From an uncultured delta proteobacterium (GTDB lineage Bacteria > Desulfobacterota > Binatia > Binatales > Binataceae): a stretch of 64,000 nucleotides of DNA. Below are positions 48,723-59,055 of this stretch, piece after piece; within the stretch, counting starts at the first letter, position 1, and every line of letters begins with the position of its first letter. Both the position numbers and the translations under genes were made by a program. Where the stretch lies: the NCBI GenBank assembly GCA_963808235.1, contig CAWEEQ010000004.1:320001-384000 (forward strand), read 5' to 3'. The notes under the pieces are model-generated. The model made no database searches and was not told where the DNA came from. It saw only the letters and a list, made by a program, of their open reading frames with translations.

Positions 48723-49313
48723 ATGGCTACCCAGGCTGAACGACGTTCCACAACCATTCGCGCCATCCTCGATGCCGCCAGGAAGTTGTTCGTTTCGCGC
48801 GGTTTCGAGCAGACCAGCGTCGACGAGATTGCCGCTCTGGCACAGGTCGCCAAGGGCGCGGTTTACCATCATTTCGCTTCCAAGGAATTAATTTTTGCGA
48901 AGATCTTCGAGGATATGACGGCTGAGCTCGCCACACTCGTGCCACCGGCTGCCCGGGCGGGCAAGGACGTACTCGATAGTATCCGGCGCGGCACGCTCAA
49001 GTATCTCACCTCGATCGCGGGCGATGAATTTCGCCAGGTGCTCCTGATCGACGGCCCGAAAGTACTTGGATGGGAACATTGGCGCGCGATCGATGCGCGT
49101 TACTTCGGCGGAACGATGAACACGCCGCTTGGTGCGACGCTGAAGCGGCGCGCCTCAGCTCGCGAGATCGAAGCGCTGAGCCATCTGATCGCCGGCGCGA
49201 TCAGCGAGGCAGCCCTGGTTTGCGCAGCCTCCGACCATCGCGTCCGGGCCGCGAAAGACCTGAGCGCCGCTTTGCAAAAAATGCTCGCGCCGTTCTTCAG
49301 TCGACAGTCCTAA
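48723..49313 (+). CDS. TetR/AcrR family regulator
   Basis: QAERR..T..AILDAARKLF..GF..TSVDEIA..A.VAKGAVYHHF.SK. Confidence 0.92.
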   Translation: MATQAERRSTTIRAILDAARKLFVSRGFEQTSVDEIAALAQVAKGAVYHHFASKELIFAKIFEDMTAELATLVPPAARAGKDVLDSIRRGTLKYLTSIAGDEFRQVLLIDGPKVLGWEHWRAIDARYFGGTMNTPLGATLKRRASAREIEALSHLIAGAISEAALVCAASDHRVRAAKDLSAALQKMLAPFFSRQS

Positions 49314-49326
49314 GGAGCCATCGCCT

Positions 49327-49926
49327 TTGTTCCGTTTGACTCAGCCACCAGACGACGAGGTTCGTCGCTTCATCGCGAAGCAGGAGCACGCTGAACTTAC
49401 CTATCCGGAAGTGGGCGCGTCGGCGGACTCTGTGCCGGGCGGATATACCGTTGATCGCAATCGCATTGAACTCGGCCTCGGCGAGCGCGTATGGGAGCGC
49501 GCGGTCGCTGCAGTTCGCGCGTGGCAAATGTTCAATATTCCGTGGCTACGTCTCTACTGGCCTGACACTCCGATCCAGGTAGGAGCTGTTGTCGCCGTTT
49601 CTGTCCGCCATTTCGGTTTCTATTCATTAAACGCATGCCGGATCGTGTATGTCGTCGACGAAGATTGCGCTGTGACAAACCCGCCGGTGAGCCGCTTCGG
49701 GTTCGCCTATGGCACGCTTGGGGAGCACGCCGAGAGCGGCGAAGAGCGCTTCACAGTCGAATGGGACCGCGCGAGCGATAAAGTCTTCTACGACATCCTC
49801 GCTTTCTCGCGTCCACGGCACCCGCTGTCGAAACTCGCGTACCCCCTATCACGTTCGCTGCAGAAGGCATTCGCCGACTGTTCAAAAGTGGCAATGTCTA
49901 CCGCCGTAACCGAACGCGTCCGATGA
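49327..49926 (+). CDS. DUF1990 family protein
   Basis: LTYPEVGAS, LG.G, ACRIVYV, GFAYGTL..H.ESGEERF, AFSRP. Confidence 0.9.
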   Translation: MFRLTQPPDDEVRRFIAKQEHAELTYPEVGASADSVPGGYTVDRNRIELGLGERVWERAVAAVRAWQMFNIPWLRLYWPDTPIQVGAVVAVSVRHFGFYSLNACRIVYVVDEDCAVTNPPVSRFGFAYGTLGEHAESGEERFTVEWDRASDKVFYDILAFSRPRHPLSKLAYPLSRSLQKAFADCSKVAMSTAVTERVR

Positions 49927-49936
49927 AACTTCATGA

Positions 49937-51322
49937 CTACGGCGCTGGCTTGATGTTCTGGTTCACGCGGAAGAAGTTATCCGGATCGTACTTCCGCTTG
50001 ATCTGAGTCAGCCGCTCGTACTTGTCTCCGTAGGCTGCCCTGACTCGAGCGTCTCCCTCATCTTCGAGATCGTTCACGTAGACCGCGCCGGTCGAGAGCG
50101 GGCGCATCGCGGCGTAGAAATCCTCGACCCACGCGGATGCTTTTTTGCGCTCGCCGGATTTTTTCCAATACGAATGCACCCAGTACTCGTATCCGACACG
50201 TCGAAAGCCGAAAGCGTCGTCGCGAGGCGTCGAGCACCACGGCCCGTGCCAATACATCATTGTGATCCCGCTCGCTTCCGTGGGCGCGCTGGAAGCGTAT
50301 TCGGCGATCGCCTCGATCGTCTCGTCAGTAAGGCGCTCAAAATGCCCACCCCTCCGATGACTCGAGCGGTCGCCCTTCGCAGGCTTATCTGAATCCCGCC
50401 GCTGCTCGTCCAGGTAATCTCTGGTTTTGACGGTGTCCTCGAACGGTTTAAGAAATCTGCGCAGCGGCCTGAGCACGCGCTCGCCCTCTCGTTCCTCGCC
50501 CGGCCAGAGTACCGCAAGGTCGATCATGCGGTCCCGCCGATGCGGCAGCACCGCTACGAGTATGAACAGGTCATTCGGGATCGATAGCGCGTAGTCGTCG
50601 ATAAAGCGCAAAACTTTTTTTGCCTGGCGAATCGGGTATCTCAGATGTCCGGAAAGAACCGTCTCCACAGGATGCAGCCGAAGCTCGAGCGAAGTTGCAA
50701 CGCCGAAGTTGGCGCCCGCACCGCGCATCGCCCAGAACAGGTCGTCGTTCTCGCCCTCGCGCGCAGTAAGGACCCGTCCATCCGCAGTAACCACTTCGAT
50801 CCGCCGGATGCTGTCGCATCCATATCCGAACTTCGGGGTAAGCGAACCTTCGCCGCCGCCCAGCGCATAACCCGAGACACCGACCGCCGCGCACATACCG
50901 AGCGGTGTCGCGAGCTTGAACGCCTGCGCGATGCAATCCAGCTCCCCGCTCACCACGCCGCCTTCGATCGTGACGAGCTGGCGGTGCGGGTCGATTGCCG
51001 CATGCTTCATCGCCGATAGATCGATCACCATCCCACCATCGCACACGCCGTGGCCGGCGAAGCTGTGACCGCCCGCCCGCACCGCGGTCAGCATCTGATT
51101 GTGGCGAGCAAATTCGATCGCACGCCGCACATCGTCGACGTTTGCACATCGCGCAATTATCGCGGGATGCTTATCGACCGCCCGATTACAGACACGTCGC
51201 GCGTTTCGGTAGCGCCTGTCGCCGGGCAGGATAATTTCACCGGCGATGGAATCGGCGAATTTGCGAATTGATTCCGGACTCAGGTCTGCGATGGATTCAT
51301 CGGCTGTCAATCGAGGTATCAT
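49937..51322 (-). CDS. FAD-binding oxidoreductase (berberine bridge enzyme-like)
   Basis: RAGGHS (His) plus G.C..VG (Cys), the residues of bicovalent FAD attachment; DLFWAMRGAG.NFGV, YVN, KRKYDP.NFF..NQN. Confidence 0.92.
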   Translation of the reverse strand: MIPRLTADESIADLSPESIRKFADSIAGEIILPGDRRYRNARRVCNRAVDKHPAIIARCANVDDVRRAIEFARHNQMLTAVRAGGHSFAGHGVCDGGMVIDLSAMKHAAIDPHRQLVTIEGGVVSGELDCIAQAFKLATPLGMCAAVGVSGYALGGGEGSLTPKFGYGCDSIRRIEVVTADGRVLTAREGENDDLFWAMRGAGANFGVATSLELRLHPVETVLSGHLRYPIRQAKKVLRFIDDYALSIPNDLFILVAVLPHRRDRMIDLAVLWPGEEREGERVLRPLRRFLKPFEDTVKTRDYLDEQRRDSDKPAKGDRSSHRRGGHFERLTDETIEAIAEYASSAPTEASGITMMYWHGPWCSTPRDDAFGFRRVGYEYWVHSYWKKSGERKKASAWVEDFYAAMRPLSTGAVYVNDLEDEGDARVRAAYGDKYERLTQIKRKYDPDNFFRVNQNIKPAP

Positions 51323-51345
51323 CAAGATGGCCCGCGAATGCTCGC

Positions 51346-51361
51346 AGCAAGCCGGGTGCCA
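51346..51361 (-). promoter_or_regulatory. Sigma54 (-24/-12) promoter
   Basis: TGGCACCCGGCTTGCT, full consensus, about 25 nt upstream of the FAD oxidase start. Confidence 0.65.
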
Positions 51362-51539
51362 GTTCAGGTAAAGTTCAAGGCGAGGGAAAATTCAACGCCG
51401 CAGGAGCAGTCCGAATTTGATTTCCATGAACCAGGAACTAGTTTCCGCCGATTTCGCCGGTCGGCTGAAGTTTTGCTTCGCTTCCAAAACTGTCTGATCA
51501 TCAAATCAGCTTCGACGTTCCGACAGATGGGGTAGTCAC

Positions 51540-52781
51540 ATGGCCAAGATCTCCTACCGCGTAAGGCCGGAAACCGCTGTCCTGACGCGCGGATTCGATC
51601 CCGCATTGTCGGTCGGGTCCGCCCGTCCGCCGGTATATCGCAGTTCCACTTTTGTGTTTCCCAGTCCCGAAGCCGCGGAACGCGCGTTCGGTATCGTGCT
51701 CGGGAAAGTCAATCCGCTCGGCGACGATCGCCCCGATTTGATTTACGCTCGGCTGAATCATCCCAATGCCGAGATCCTCGAAGAGCAATTGGTGCCGCTT
51801 GAGAAAGGCGCCGCGTCTGCCGCGGTTTTCAATTCCGGGATGGCCGCGATCTTCACGACCCTGCTCACCTTCCTGGAACGGGGCAGCGCGCTCGTCTATA
51901 CGCAGCCTCTCTACGGCGGAAGTCAGCATCTGATTCATCAGATCATCGAGCCGCTCGGTTTCGAGGCGATCGCGGTCGAGGCCGGCAATACCGAAATGCT
52001 CACCCGGACGATCGAGCAGACAAAAAATCTGAAACTCGTTCTGATCGAAACTCCCGCCAATCCAACCCTCATGATGACTGATATCGAGCGAGCCGCCGCC
52101 TCGGTCCATGCGCATCCTGCGCATCCGCGGCTCGCGGTCGACAACACCTTGCTCGGACCGACGTTTCAGCATCCGCTGGTTCATGGCGCGGACCTCTCCA
52201 TATATTCCGCAACCAAGTTCCTCGGCGGGTTCAGCGATCTGCTCGCAGGAGCGGTGCTGGCCGCCGATCCCGAGCTCATCCAGAACCTGACCGGGATACG
52301 TGCATTGCTCGGCAATATTCTGCAAGCGGACGAATGCTGGATTCTCGATTCGCGGCTCTCGACCGTTGGCTTGCGGATGAATCGTCAAAGCAAAAACGCG
52401 CAGCGGATCGCCGAGGAGCTCGCGAAGCATCCTCGCGTCAAGCTGGTTTACTATCCTTCGCTGTTCCGCGATCCCGAACAGGTAAGGATTCGCGACGCCC
52501 AGACCGACTATCCAGGTTCTCTGCTCTCCTTAAATGTGGAAGGCGGAAAAACCGGCGCTTTCGAATTTCTGCGCCGGCTCAGAATCGCGAAAAACGCGGT
52601 AAGTCTTGGCGGAGTGGAGACCCTCGTCTGTCATCCGATGACCACGACCCACAGCGAGCTCTCGCCCGAAGAACTCGCGGCGGCCGGCATCGGCGACGCG
52701 CTGGTCCGCATCTCAATCGGCACCGAACACTGGCGCGATCTCCTCGACGAATTCACCCGCGCCCTGAGCGGCATCAGCTAG
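51540..52781 (+). CDS. PLP-dependent cystathionine gamma-synthase / methionine gamma-lyase family enzyme
   Basis: YARLNHPN, SGMAAI, YGG, ETPANP, VDNT, SATKF.GG.SD, SLGG.E, RISIG.E. Confidence 0.92.
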   Translation: MAKISYRVRPETAVLTRGFDPALSVGSARPPVYRSSTFVFPSPEAAERAFGIVLGKVNPLGDDRPDLIYARLNHPNAEILEEQLVPLEKGAASAAVFNSGMAAIFTTLLTFLERGSALVYTQPLYGGSQHLIHQIIEPLGFEAIAVEAGNTEMLTRTIEQTKNLKLVLIETPANPTLMMTDIERAAASVHAHPAHPRLAVDNTLLGPTFQHPLVHGADLSIYSATKFLGGFSDLLAGAVLAADPELIQNLTGIRALLGNILQADECWILDSRLSTVGLRMNRQSKNAQRIAEELAKHPRVKLVYYPSLFRDPEQVRIRDAQTDYPGSLLSLNVEGGKTGAFEFLRRLRIAKNAVSLGGVETLVCHPMTTTHSELSPEELAAAGIGDALVRISIGTEHWRDLLDEFTRALSGIS

Positions 52782-52886
52782 GAGATACTCGATGAAGGCG
52801 TGCCGATGAGTCCGCGCAGTGCTACTCTCAATCGGCGCTCCGGAGTTCGAGTCTCCAACGGCTCGAGAAGCGAAGCCAAGACTGAC

Positions 52887-53267
52887 ATGGGGATTCCACT
52901 CATCAAGGTGAGAATTTCGAATCCGCGCAATCCACGCCGAGGCGTCGAGCTTGAATTTCTGATCGACACCGGCGCGATCTTCAGCGTCGTCTCCGGATCG
53001 ACAGCGCGCAAGCTCGCACTCGCGAAACTCGAACGCAAAGAGTTCACCCTGGCCGACGGAACTCACCGCGCTTATGACGTCGGCGAAGCATTCTTCGAAC
53101 TTGGCGACTTGCGCGGCACCTCAAAGGTCGTCTTCGGCCCCCCGAACGTAACTCCTCTGCTCGGAGCCCTGACCCTGGAAAGCCTCGGCTTGATGGTGAA
53201 TCCCGTCACCCGCGAAGTCTCCCCGATGCGCCTATTCCTGGCCTCGTCCCGCCGCCGCGGCCGCTGA
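52887..53267 (+). CDS. Clan AA (retroviral-like) aspartyl protease
   Basis: LIDTGA, TLADG, LLGALTLESLGL.VNP. Confidence 0.85.
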   Translation: MGIPLIKVRISNPRNPRRGVELEFLIDTGAIFSVVSGSTARKLALAKLERKEFTLADGTHRAYDVGEAFFELGDLRGTSKVVFGPPNVTPLLGALTLESLGLMVNPVTREVSPMRLFLASSRRRGR

Positions 53268-53438
53268 ATGCTTTGGAGGGGGTTGCAATGCAGACTTGAT
53301 GTTTCCCCCTCAAGTCTAGGACCCCTTTGCTGGCTTCTTGGCCCTTACAATAGTTCTCAAGTCCGCGGTTTGACAGGAAACACTGGCCTTGTGATCTTGC
53401 AAAGGCGTCAATACATGCGCGTGCGAGGACTATAAGCA

Positions 53439-54224
53439 ATGGATCTTCGACTCCAGGAAAAAACGGCACTCATTCTTGGCGGTAGCAAAGGCCTCGGACG
53501 CGGCGTCGCCAACGCGCTCGCGGCCGAAGGCGTCGCGGTCGCACTGCTCGCGCGAACTCAGGCTGCGCTCGACAATGCGGTATCTGAAATCAAAGCGCGT
53601 GGCGGACGAGCCATCGGCCTCGCCGCCGATCTCGCCGATTGGCCGAGCGTCGAGGATGCTGTCGAAGCCGCCCGAAAGGATCTCGGCGCGATCGACATCC
53701 TGCTCAACAACAGTGGCGGCCCGCCGCCGTCGGGCGTCGCCGGCGTATCTCCCGCGGTTTGGGAGGCGCAGTTCAATGCGATGGTGATGCCGCTGTTTCG
53801 AATCACCGATCTTCTGCTCCCCGATATGCGCTCACGCAAATTTGGCCGAATCCTCAACGTCGCATCGACCAGCGTTGTCGAGCCGATCGCCGCAATCGGG
53901 GTGTCGAACACACTGCGCAGTGCGATCGTCGGATGGGCCAAGACCCTCGCGGGCGAAACCGCTCGCGACGGAATCACCGTCAACACTCTCCTGCCCGGCG
54001 CGATTGCGACCGACCGCTCGATCGGACTGAGCCGCGCCGCCGCGGAACGTCAGAAAATTTCCGTCGAAGAAGCGATGAAACGAACTGCGCAGGCGATCCC
54101 CATCGGCCGGATGGGCACCCCGGAGGAGTTCGGCGCGGTCGCCGCATTTCTCGCAAGCCCGCTGGCCGCGTATGTGACCGGCTCCCTGATCCGGATCGAC
54201 GGAGGGTTGATACGATCAGTCTGA
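53439..54224 (+). CDS. SDR family oxidoreductase
   Basis: GGSKGLG, NNSGGP, SNTLR, GITVN..LPG, IPIGRMG.PEE, IDGG; TTGACA box at 53370. Confidence 0.92.
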   Translation: MDLRLQEKTALILGGSKGLGRGVANALAAEGVAVALLARTQAALDNAVSEIKARGGRAIGLAADLADWPSVEDAVEAARKDLGAIDILLNNSGGPPPSGVAGVSPAVWEAQFNAMVMPLFRITDLLLPDMRSRKFGRILNVASTSVVEPIAAIGVSNTLRSAIVGWAKTLAGETARDGITVNTLLPGAIATDRSIGLSRAAAERQKISVEEAMKRTAQAIPIGRMGTPEEFGAVAAFLASPLAAYVTGSLIRIDGGLIRSV

Positions 54225-54296
54225 TACGCGATTTGAAGTGTCGAATGAATATGCTTCACGTAACGACAACCGATCAGCGCAAGGAAGGTGAATCCT

Positions 54297-54686
54297 ATGG
54301 GCGCGAATGAGAACAAGGAATTGATACGCACGATCTTTGCCTCGAGCAACCCCGCGGCGTTTCTCGATGCCATGTCGGACGACGTTAAATTCAACCTCAC
54401 CGGTACCACCAGGTTTTCGGGTGCCTTCAACGGCAAGCAGGAACTGATGGCCAAACTGCTCGGACCGCTTTTCGCCGCACTTGAGAACGGCATCACGCTC
54501 ACGCCGAATAATCTGATGGCTGATGGCGAGTTCGTCGTGATGCAATCGCGCGGTAGGGCATCCGCCAAGAATGGTCTGCCCTACAACAACAACTATTGCC
54601 ACGTCTTCCGCATCACAAACGGAAAGATTCGCGAGATAACCGAGTACCTCGATACCGAACTGGTTACCAGCGTCTTCGGCAAGTAG
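54297..54686 (+). CDS. NTF2/SnoaL-like protein
   Basis: ENKELIR, DDV, G.FNGK, YNNNYCHVF..GKI..ITEYLDT. Confidence 0.88.
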   Translation: MGANENKELIRTIFASSNPAAFLDAMSDDVKFNLTGTTRFSGAFNGKQELMAKLLGPLFAALENGITLTPNNLMADGEFVVMQSRGRASAKNGLPYNNNYCHVFRITNGKIREITEYLDTELVTSVFGK

Positions 54687-54721
54687 GCGCGAACGCCCCC
54701 ATCGCGGCCGAGCGCGATTGC

Positions 54722-55978
54722 TCAGGCCGAGAGAAGTTGATGCGCCGGCCCGAGCAGCACGTCCGTCGCGATACCATGCGGACACGCACCCGCGCACGGT
54801 TTCGCGTCGCAACTTAGACACGCCTGTGCGCTCCCCGCGAGCATCGCGTATTCTGCGCGCGCCATCCGCAGGTCGCCGTAGTCGTGCGCATACATGCGCG
54901 TGCGCATCACTTCGGAAATCGGCACGCCGTAAGGGCACGCATCCGCGCATTCGTTGCATCCGTGCCGGCAATACGACTTGCCGTTAAGAGTGGCGTAGCG
55001 ATTCAGAATCTGGAGATCTCTCGCCGCAGTCACCCGCGCGCCCGACGCTCCCAGGTACTCGTCGATTATCTCGCGGCTGGTCATCGAGACTATCAGCGCG
55101 TCAACGTTCGAATTGGACAGCACCCATCTGAACGCCGCCTGCGAAAATGTCGCGCCCCCGGATTCGTACGGACGCATGTCGTTCAAACGCGCGCCCATCA
55201 GGGTCTTCATCACCACCACTCCGACTCCATGCTGCTTCGCTTTCTCCATGATGCGCGGGAGGTCGGGCTGCACCGCGACGAAATCGAATTGCCGCAGGAA
55301 GCGCTGGTAGAAGCGCGGATCCTGGCCGAAGTTGTGCGCGCACAGGATTACATCGAAGTGCCCGCTGTCGATCGCGTAGTCGAGGCACTCGGCCAGATTC
55401 CCCGCATGTCCCGACATTCCCGTGAAGCGAATCTTGCCCGCAGTGCGCGCCCGCTCGACGAACTGGTACCACTCTGGATTTTTCAGCCGCTCGACATTGT
55501 TGACCGCGTGATTGAAGTAGACGTCAACGTGATCGGTCTGCAGACGCCGCAGGCTCCCTTCCAGCGCGCGCATCATCGCATCGCTCTTGTCGTCCGGCTG
55601 CGCGATTATCTTCGAGGTCAGGAATACCTTGTCGCGCTTGCCCTTCAGCGCATTGCCGATGGTCGTTTCGGATTCACCGTCGGTATAGGTTTCCGCCGTG
55701 TCGAAATAGTTGATTCCCAAATCGAAAGCGTGCCGGACCAGGTCTTCCTCTCCCGACGTCAGCCGGCTCGCGCCAAATGAGATGTCGGAAATCTTGAGCC
55801 CCGTGCGACCGAGCTTCGAGTAGCGCCGCACTTGCGGAGTCGTATCGATCGAGGCGCTCGCGCTGGCTCCGAGCGGCATCAGCGATACCCCGACGCCCGC
55901 CATCACTCCGCGCTTGAGGAATTCGCGTCGACCCATCTCCGACGCCGTCGAGTTCGAGCCATCGCGTGATCTTTTCAT
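54722..55978 (-). CDS. Tat-signal aldo/keto reductase with C-terminal 4Fe-4S domain
   Basis: GRREFLK twin-arginine motif; FDTAETY, SL.RLQTD; CRHGCNECADACP and CLSC...C...CP. Confidence 0.88.
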   Translation of the reverse strand: MKRSRDGSNSTASEMGRREFLKRGVMAGVGVSLMPLGASASASIDTTPQVRRYSKLGRTGLKISDISFGASRLTSGEEDLVRHAFDLGINYFDTAETYTDGESETTIGNALKGKRDKVFLTSKIIAQPDDKSDAMMRALEGSLRRLQTDHVDVYFNHAVNNVERLKNPEWYQFVERARTAGKIRFTGMSGHAGNLAECLDYAIDSGHFDVILCAHNFGQDPRFYQRFLRQFDFVAVQPDLPRIMEKAKQHGVGVVVMKTLMGARLNDMRPYESGGATFSQAAFRWVLSNSNVDALIVSMTSREIIDEYLGASGARVTAARDLQILNRYATLNGKSYCRHGCNECADACPYGVPISEVMRTRMYAHDYGDLRMARAEYAMLAGSAQACLSCDAKPCAGACPHGIATDVLLGPAHQLLSA

Positions 55979-56072
55979 CGAGCACCTCACCGACTTGGGC
56001 GCGCGTACCGATCGTAACCGGGTCACCGCAATTCTAACCCGATCGAGTGCCGACGCGCGAGATCGAGAAAGC

Positions 56073-56483
56073 TCAGCGCAGGTCGGCTTTGCGCCGCGTC
56101 AGCAGCAGCGCCGCTCCCGACGAAACGCCGATCGCGACGAAAGGGTAGGGGAGCAGGTACGCCCACGAATGCTCCTGCATAACCGCAGTGCCGCGGTACT
56201 TTGCGACGAACAGGATCATGTTGATGATCACGTACGCGGCGTAGAAGAGTCCGATCGGCAGCGCAAACTTGCGCATCGCAAGTATTCCGTACGCGTATAG
56301 CGCGAGCATGATTCCGAAGATCGGCGCGACGATCGTATTCGCCGTGCCCGAAAGCCGCGTCCCAAAAAACACGAAGCCGACGCCGGAATGATGTGAGAAC
56401 GGTTTGCCGAAATCCGAAATCGCCATCAGCGCGAATAGTATCGCGAAGATCGTCAACGTCACGCCGCGTGATTTATCAGGCAT
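56073..56483 (-). CDS. Hypothetical 4-TM membrane protein (tandem paralogue 1)
   Basis: RGVTLTIFAILF, FVFFGT, YAYGI..MRK. Confidence 0.75.
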   Translation of the reverse strand: MPDKSRGVTLTIFAILFALMAISDFGKPFSHHSGVGFVFFGTRLSGTANTIVAPIFGIMLALYAYGILAMRKFALPIGLFYAAYVIINMILFVAKYRGTAVMQEHSWAYLLPYPFVAIGVSSGAALLLTRRKADLR

Positions 56484-56501
56484 TGCGGATTCTCCCGTCC
56501 G

Positions 56502-56909
56502 TCAATCTAGTTCAGCGCGGCGTCCGTGCAGAATCATGATCGTCGCCAACGGAACGCCAATTCCAACTACGACGGAAGCAACCGAAACCAGGAGAGCCGG
56601 TGGCGGAGCGTCGGGGTTTTTCGCGGTGTATAGAATCATGTTGACCACCACCCACGGGAAGTAAAGGTACGCGATCACCAGCGCAATTTTGCGCATCGTC
56701 CAGATGCCGTAGCCATAGACCGCGAGCAGAATTCCAAACAGGATCGACAGCGTCGTGTTCGCAGTGCCGGTCATCTTGGTGCCCAGAAACACGAAGGCGG
56801 CATCGGGATCGAGATGAAGTGGTTTGAGGAAATTCGATATCGCGAGCAGACCAAACAAAATCGCGAAGATCGAGAGAGTCACACCGCGCTGCGCTTGCTC
56901 TTCCGCCAA
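56502..56909 (-). CDS. Hypothetical 4-TM membrane protein (tandem paralogue 2)
   Basis: RGVTLSIFAILF, FVFLGT, YGYGI..MRK. Confidence 0.75.
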   Translation of the reverse strand: MAEEQAQRGVTLSIFAILFGLLAISNFLKPLHLDPDAAFVFLGTKMTGTANTTLSILFGILLAVYGYGIWTMRKIALVIAYLYFPWVVVNMILYTAKNPDAPPPALLVSVASVVVGIGVPLATIMILHGRRAELD

Positions 56910-57094
56910 GCCTGCATTTCCCCCTGCCGGCTAATTGGTGGAAACACTAGTCAACGAACACGTGTAACGCATCACCCCTTTTTGCATCTTTCCACCGCCC
57001 ACCTGGCGAGCCGGATGCTCACTTGGATGCACTCCCTTTGCTTCCCAGGCACTTGCATCCGCGCGATGAGACTTGATTGGATGCGCATGCATCT

Positions 57095-59055
57095 ATGCGT
57101 CGGCTAGTCGAAGCCATCATTCTGTTGATCTGCGTAGCGTGGCTCTGCGGGCCAACGTGCGCGTCCGCGCAGACCAACCTCGCCAGGAACGGTGACCTCG
57201 CGAGCGGCATCGCCAATGCTCCCGACGATTGGTACGCACTCTCTTCAGACAAAAAGCTGGGCACCTTCTCATGGACCAAAACTCCCGGCGACGGCGGCGT
57301 CCTCGGAATCAATAACCTGAATCAGAATCTCGCGAGCTGGCATCAGGCGCTGATGCTCCCGCCCGGCACCTACGAAGTAAGTGCCGAGGTCCGCGTCGAA
57401 GGCGCCCAGCTAAGCGGTGGCGGCGCAAATATATGTGTGGAGACCTACGATGGTATCCCTCTCATATCGGATCGTCTCCACGGCACCACCGACTGGAAAA
57501 AAATTTCGTTCCTGTTGAAGGAAGATCGATGGGGCGATACCACCGAGCTACTCTGCCAACTCGGAGTCGCCGGTCATCCCGACAATGGCCGCGCGTCGTT
57601 TCGAAATATCAAAGTGATCGCGCTTGCGAGTCCGCCGCATACCCACGCGCTCACCTACGACCTTCGCGCGATTCGCGAGCAGTACCAGTCGCCGGCTAGT
57701 GCCCGTCGGACGGCGATGGGTACCTTCGTGCGCTCGGCATCCTGTCCGGGCTCGCGCTGATAGCTATCCTTGGATGCGCCCTGTTCGCAATCTGGCAGCC
57801 GGCTCTCGCGGCCGGACGTTCCGCATGGATGCTCGCCGCGGCTGCGATGCTCGCGATCACGGTCATCAAATTCGCCGCCCTGTTTCATTTCACCGGCTTC
57901 TACTGGGACATCTGGGCCAAGACCAACCGCGCGCTGCTCGCCGTCGCGCTCGGCCCCGGGCGAATTTACGATCCCGGCCTGCCCGTCGACGCTTATCCGC
58001 CCGGCTCGCTCTACCTTCTCTGGTTATCAGGATGGATCGGCCGCGTGCTCGAGCCGAGCGCCAACGGCTTCCGCGTGATCGTCGAGACCCCACCGCTCGT
58101 CGCCGACTTACTGATCGGTCTCACTCTATACTTCGCTGCATGGCGCGACGGCCGCACGATACGCGCGATCGTCGTGATGCTTCTGTTCGCAGCCAACCCG
58201 GCATTGATTTTCGACACCGTGATCTGGGGCCAGAGCGATTCGGTAGTCGCACTCCCGATGCTGGCGGCAGCCCTGTTGATACTGGCAGGCCGCAATCGCC
58301 TGGGATGGTCCGCGGCCGCGATCGCGATTCTCGCCAAGCCGCAAGCGCTAACCATCGCGGTGCCGCTCGGACTGTGGACTCTATTGGATGCGGGAATAGT
58401 GGAATGCGGATGGAGCGCGGCGGCATTCGCTGGCACCCTTACACTTGGAATCCTCCCATATCAGGTCGGCCACTCATGGGACTGGATAATCAACGTCTAC
58501 AAGGATCTGGGCACCCGCTTCAGCGAAGCTTCGGTAGGCGCGTTCAACTTCATGGGACTGATCGGCGGGATGAACACGCCCGACACCGACAAAATCTTTG
58601 GCGTGTCGTATCGAGCACTCGGATTCTCTCTGACCGCCGTGGTCTACCTGATCTCCTCCTACCTGGTATGGCGCGCGAAATCCGCCGGCTCTGCGATGCT
58701 CGCGACGTTCATCGCGCTATTCGGCTTCTTCCTGTTCGCCCCGCGCATCCACGAGCGCTACTTGTACTACCCGGTAGTCCTACTGATCCCCATCGCACTA
58801 GAAAGCCCCTTCCTAACCACAATCTTCGCCGGATTAAGTGCCACGTTCCTATTCAACCTGATCTACATAAAACACCTGACCGACACGTCGACATATTTCC
58901 CCACTCACCCAAACCCAGCTCTTATAACAGCCGCGATGATCAACTTGACTATATTCATCGCCACAACCACCTACGCCCTACTAGGCAACCCACCGGTCTT
59001 TTCTTCACGCCTCTCCCTTCGGGAGAGGTCGTCGCGCGTAGAGCGCGACGGGTGA
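57095..59055 (+). pseudogene. Carbohydrate-binding-like domain fused to a GT-C (PIG-M/Alg6/GT87-like) membrane glycosyltransferase; one frameshift at ~57702
   Basis: Signal peptide, NLARNGD, GTTDW; adding one C to GCCCG joins it to YLRALGIL..; YPPG.LY, NPA..D..WGQSDS, KPQ, HERY. Confidence 0.75.
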
